Shown here piece after piece: positions 55,506-64,000 of a DNA stretch of 64,000 nt. This DNA comes from the human T2T-CHM13v2.0 reference genome, Homo sapiens, in assembly GCF_009914755.1 (NCBI RefSeq), contig NC_060947.1, one strand, 5' to 3'. A program made the translations under genes and the position numbers. Under the pieces are notes generated by a model, which was not told where the DNA came from, did no database searches, and saw nothing but the letters and a program-made list of their open reading frames with translations. Position 1 is the stretch's first letter, and the number at the start of each line of letters is the position of its first letter.

Positions 55506-57624
55506 TAATACTCTTCCTTTTTTTTTTTTTGAAGATTAAGTAAAGTAACATGTGACGCTCCTGATTCACAGTGAGCATTCCCCAAATGCCATATTTTTTT
55601 CCTTCTTAGGAAGGGAATCTTCTTCTAGACCCTATTGGAGCTATATCATTTTACACTGTAAACCCAGACGGGCCCCAGAAAATTCTTGGGACATATGAGG
55701 TCTTTCCTTCTTCCCCTTCTCTGTATGGCATATGGGTATCACCTCTAGGAACAGTGAACTGACATGCAGCAGTACAGCACTTATATTAGCCTGCTGTTTA
55801 TAATATCTAGGCTCGTCTTTCATCTTTATCCATAATCATGTCTCAGTTTTTTTTCTCTCTCTTATAACTCACATGGGCTTATTGCTCTACACTTATGAGC
55901 CCCACTTTTATAAATTTTAACCAATTTGGGGGTCTTGTTTACCCAATCATTTGTCCTTGTTTCTTCTGCCAGTGGCCTGTATTTCCATTTGTTGTCATTA
56001 CTTCTGCTTTTCAAGTACCATGAATTGCCTATTCAGTACATTCTACCTTTGGCAAAAATACGTTATTTGCACCTTTTTTTTTTGCGTGTTTCTTATTTAT
56101 TCTAGCCTATGTTTTGTTGTCAAGCCAGTACCTGAAGATCATTCTTGTACATAAGAATGAACCTATTCGTGAGAGTAGGATAGAAAAATTCCTAGAATTA
56201 TAGGGCTTTGACTATAGCTTCTTAAAAAAGTTCAGAGTGTATGGGATACTCTAGTGGCCACAAGACAGATGTCTGATTTTCCTCATGGATAGCATGATTA
56301 CTTAAAGTTTGAAGATTCAAATTAAAAGTGTTTTATTCATCCCTGATACTACCTTGCCTTAAATTCAGCTATTTTACCTTTGGGTGGTGGTGGTGGTGTT
56401 TGGTCCAAGCCACTCATCCATGTATGTGGCTAATTGAAAGTGTGCTGATTGAAATAAAGATAAACATGACTTCTGTCCCTCAAAATGTATGTTTCTTATT
56501 AAAAAGCTTAGAGTAAGCACCATGATATAATTTATCACATTTATTACTTGTATTTTCAGCCAGCACTTCTATCCAAGCAATGGAGAGCTGCAGTGGGATC
56601 TTTGCAGATTTGGTACTGAGTATTTAATGATTTGAGGCCTGGGAAATCTTGTATTTTCCAGTATGTGTAGCTTTTTAATACAGGGGCTCAGGTGTCCTGA
56701 GTAAAGACAATCACAGCTCCACTTCTGAACCCCCAATAGCAGAATGATAATGCAGGAAAATCTGTGTCCCACATTCAAATGACTAAAGAGAAACCTCATT
56801 TTGTAGTCATTTCATTTCAGCTGTTTACTCTCCATGGTGAATAATAAACACAAGCACAAACTGTGAAGGAATATATTTTTTTCCAGGAGATGGAATTGCC
56901 TAGAAAACTCTGAATTAAAAAAAAAACCTGAATATAAATCTTGTCAGAACTGATAACTAATGCTTGAAATCTTTACTGTAAGTTGTGAGCGTTGCCAAAC
57001 AGTATATTAGGAAAAGCACCTCAGTTTGTTTCTGAATAGATAGGGTGTTTATCTGTCAGTATTATGTATGAAGAGGTCCCCCACAGACTTAACACATTCT
57101 GTCAAGCTCTCTTGTTTTACTGTGTTTGTAAGTCATAGAGCGCGCTTGAAATATCAAGTAATGGTGAGCTCTGATGTGTGGTTAGGAGTTGCTATTAATG
57201 TCAATTTCTTCCTACACTTTTACCTAGAGCTCCCATAAGGCAAACACTTGTGGGTAAAGGGAAGACATGCTAAGAAATGGGAAAATACCTGAAAGATGCA
57301 TAGAGCTTTTAATTTTTTGAGGGAGGGGTTCTCTTTAGAACCTGAGTCATAGTTTTTGAATATCCTTAAGGTTGGTATATCAGCCAAAGTACATTCAGAA
57401 GGCAGAAATCACACAAAAGTTATTTGTCTCAGTGGAATAGTTTGTAAAGTTCTGAATTTTCACGGAGGTCACTTAATATTTTCTTGCCATCTCTATGGTG
57501 CTGCAAACCAGACTATCATCATAATCTTCTAAGAAAACTAAAGTTAGGTATTTTAGTATTTTCCACAATTCTGACACAAATGTAGTAAGTTTATCTGAAA
57601 CATTATGTTTTTTATACTTCAAAA

Positions 57625-58165
57625 ATTTTTAAATTTTGTTTATAATTGATGCATAATTGTACATGTTTATAGGGTAAGTGTGATATTTCAGTACATGCGT
57701 ATATTGTATAATAGTTAAATTAGGGCAGTTAGCATGCCCATTACCACAAACCTTTATCATTTCTTTGTGGTGGTAACTTTTAAGATACTCTTTTCTAGCT
57801 ATCTTGAAATATATAATATATTGTTATTAGCTGCTAATCACCATGCTATGTAGTAGAACAACAGAACTTATTCTTCCTTTCTAACTGAAACTTCGTACCT
57901 GTTGACCAACCTCTTCCATTCCCCCCTCCCTTCCCCAGCTTCTGGTAACCACTGTTCTACTCTTTACTCTTGTGGGCTCAATTTTTTTAGTTTCCTTGTA
58001 TAAGTGAAACCATGCAGTATTTGTCTTTCTGTGTCTGGCTTATTTCACTTAACATTATGTCCTCCAAGTTTATCCATGTTGCCACAAATGACAGGATTTC
58101 ATACTTTTTAAAATAGCCAAGTAGTAATCCATTATGTATATATATCATGTTTTCTTTATGCATTC
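57625..58165 (-). mobile_element. L1MA 3' end
   Basis: TTGTCTTTCTGTGTCTGGCTTATTTCACTTAACAT; ACAAATGACAGGATTTCAT. Confidence 0.85.
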
Positions 58166-58239
58166 AAGTTATGCCTGAACCTGAAAAACTATATTGTAGA
58201 AGAAAATTCTAACTACATTAAATTCTTGACATGATATTA

Positions 58240-61280
<3,041 letters not shown>

Positions 61281-61289
61281 ACGTGCTTG

Positions 61290-61930
61290 TTGTGGGTCAG
61301 ATTTCATGAGGAAAAGGTTCTGAGACTATGATGTTTGTAGACAGAAACTTTATTGGAAATTGCTCTCAGTAATAACACTTGTGAGGATTGAAAAAAACAT
61401 GATTACACAGAGGAAGAAATGGAATGGTGAACGAGTTGCAGTGGATGCTTCAGTCCATGGCTCAGGGAACCCTGTAATTGAGATAATTGCCCTTCTTTGA
61501 AGCAAGCATGCGGGGGCAGGTGCTGACTTTTATACCCTCAATTCGACCACCCGTTGGCTGCTGGTTTCCATCAGGGAGAGGCTACAAGCTTGTGTGAGTC
61601 AACCTTCTTCAGCTGAGGGCCATCAGCTACCAGCACTTCCAGCAGCTGGGGAAATTAGTGCTTCAGTTCTTAAAGGGGATCTGGCTGGTGCTTCAGAGGA
61701 TTCACTCTCATCCACCCTTTGTGCCACTTGGATGTCCTTGCATTTTACAACAAGTTTTGGGAACAGCTCCTCTACAAGGCTGGTTGGTCTCCTTTCCTGC
61801 AAAAACTTTTAAGATGAAGGTTAGTGAATCTTCACTATGGTCTTTATTTCTGCAGCTGTTCTTGAGGCCACAACGGACACTTATCGGCGCCTTCCTCTAC
61901 TACGCACTCTAGAGTCTATTCACCCTTCGC
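61290..61930 (-). mobile_element. ERVL LTR (LTR40/41-like) plus adjacent internal remnant
   Basis: CAGCACTTCCAGCAGCTGGGGAAATTAGTGCTTCAGTTCTTAAAGGGGATCTGG, then TCCACCCTTTGTGCCACTTGGAT. Confidence 0.6.
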
Positions 61931-61939
61931 TATCCCTAG

Positions 61940-62380
61940 GAGACTGGTAAACAAAATGTGGCATAGCAATACAATGTAATATTACTATATTCATATGATG
62001 GAAAATGGCTCAGCAATATAAATGAGTTAAATACATACACAGGCAACAACATGAATGGATCTCAGTAACATTATATTGTGTAATTCCACTTTTGTGAAGT
62101 TCAAGAACAGGCAAAATTAGTCCACAGTGATAGAAATCAGAATAGTGTTTGCCTATGAAGGGTAGGGATTGACTAGAAGGAATCATAAGGGAACCTTCTG
62201 GGGGAGTGGGAATCTTGTAGTTCTTGATTTGGGTGGAGTTTACTTATATGTATATCATAATTCATCCAGTAGTACACTAAGAAGCCAAAATGTTAACCAT
62301 GTTGGAATGGAATGATCTTGTTTTCTTATTTGAGATATCTGTGTTTTCCAAGTTTTTCCCAGTGAATCTGCATTTCTTGG
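61940..62380 (+). mobile_element. L1ME-type 3' end
   Basis: GAAGTTCAAGAACAGGCAAAATTAGTCCACAGTGATAGAAATCAGAATAGTG. Confidence 0.7.
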
Positions 62381-63288
62381 ATAACTAGAATATATTTTTA
62401 AGACATAAATTGTGTTTCGTTGTTTGAGCTGGCAAGCTAATATTCTTTAATATTTTGGCTATTTACAAATTTATGTCCATACAAGGTCACATTTTCTCTG
62501 GATGTACTTAATGCTCTAACATTTGTATTAGCATATTGCCTACAGAGGATTTCAAAGTTCCAATGAATTATAGATTTCGTATGGCTGGAAAGTAACTTGA
62601 ACAATAAGCTGACCCAAAAGATTGATGTCTGTAGCACTCAGGAGGGGTGGTTATTTATTTTCTTCTGGTATACATCTAGGGATAGAGCCAGGCTTTACCA
62701 CTTCTTTAGCCAACTTCTTTCAATACTTTGTCATATTGATGGATGATTACTTAGAAGATCTCTTTGAGGCAGGTAAAAGCCAGGTAGAATACTATTATGT
62801 TGAGGACAAATTGAGGTTATTGACTTCTAAAATATTCTTCAACTCGCTTGATCCTATTGCTAGATCAGTAATATTTTTATAGTTTAAATATTCTATTTTC
62901 TAGAATGAAATTAAAGAGCTGTTTGCATGTGTGAAACGCTACTTTCTTTAATGTCAAATTCCTGTTATTATTTCTAAAAATTGTAAGCATGAAGCACTTC
63001 AGCTCCATAATGATGCTTTGCCTTTAGTTCAGTGTCCTTTACATATTAACTAGGGAGGAAATAACTTGTCAAGAAACTTGTATGAATTATCTCAAATTCT
63101 TATGAGGAACAGGTGTTCACAAATAGAGACTCACAACATTGCATCGTGTATCAGTCAACAATTAGGGCACCCTACCTTTTCCCTTTCCTTTATCCCTTTC
63201 TCTCATTCCTTTATCATTTACTTTCTGATCTCCAAGCCCTTTCTTTTCCTCTAATTTATTTTGCAAGCCCCCCATGCTCTAGCACCTG

Positions 63289-63668
63289 TGATATGGTTTG
63301 GCTGTTTTCCCACCCAAATCTCATCTTGAATTGTAATCCCCATAATCCCCATGTGTCAAGGAAGAGACCAGACCAGGTGGGCGTAATTGAATCACAGGGG
63401 TGGTTTCCCCACGTTGTTCTTGTGATAGTGAGTGAGTTCTCACGAGATCTGATGGTTTTATAAGGGGCTCTTCCCCCACTTTGCTTGCCACTTCTCCGCC
63501 TGTCGCCTCGTGAAGAAGGTGTCTTGCTTTCCCTTCATCTTCTGCCATGATTGTAAGATTCCTGAGGCCTCCCCTGCCATGCTAAACTGAGTCAACTAAA
63601 CTGCTTTCCTTTATAAATTACCCGGTTCCAGGCAGTTCTTTATAGCAGTATGGAAACGGACTAATACA
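63289..63668 (+). mobile_element. THE1C-like MaLR solo LTR
   Basis: TGATATGGTTTGGCTG...GGACTAATACA with a perfect 5-bp TSD ACCTG. Confidence 0.92.
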
Positions 63669-63829
63669 ACCTGAGAGATAATTCCAAAGGAAATTTGGAG
63701 ATGTTCAGGAATGGTGACTGGATTCAGAACTCTTTATTATACCAGATCAGAAGAGAATTAATATATACATTGGAGGCCTTTAATGTTGACACAATAGGAG
63801 CAAATAACTTATTTTCCAAACCAAGACTA

Positions 63830-64000
63830 CTTTTTAAAATTGTATGTATTTATGGGGCACTATATATATATATATACATACATACATATATAGTGAAATG
63901 ATTAAATCAAGCTAATTATTGGATTCATCACCTCGTATCCTTATGACTTTTTTGTGTTGAGAACATTTATAATCTATTTTTAGCAATTTTAAATATACAG
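63830..64000 (-). mobile_element. L1MA 3' end, running off the window
   Basis: GTGAAATGATTAAATCAAGCTAATT...GAGAACATTTATAATCTA. Confidence 0.7.

Overview
Human (primate) genomic DNA containing the whole GEMIN8 gene, an SMN-complex subunit at Xp22.2, on the minus strand. The gene was recognised from its protein sequence. It has a CpG-island promoter and non-coding exon 1 (~32.04-32.18 kb), an 82-nt 5'UTR exon (28402-28483), a 48-nt exon carrying the ATG (23726-23773), a 457-nt coding exon (22340-22796), and a last exon with a ~2.2-kb 3'UTR. The spliced CDS is 729 nt (242 aa). The rest of the window is interspersed repeats (Alu, L1, L2, MIR, MaLR/ERV LTRs, hAT/Tigger fossils) and microsatellites. 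The left half is Alu-rich, the right half is L1-rich, and CTCF-type motifs lie near the transition. Nearly all other ORFs in the track are repeat-derived noise. I see no evidence of a new multi-gene system. The most unusual local signals are a perfect 37-bp inverted templated copy inside a (TA)n tract, a MIR-donated poly(A) signal folded into a hairpin, a mirrored 12-bp CRE motif pair around exon 1, a 109-codon overlapping ORF, a possible translatable exon 3-4 circRNA, and a candidate CTCF boundary. Repeat subfamily names come from recalled consensus sequences, and repeat ends are approximate unless a target-site duplication (TSD) is quoted.
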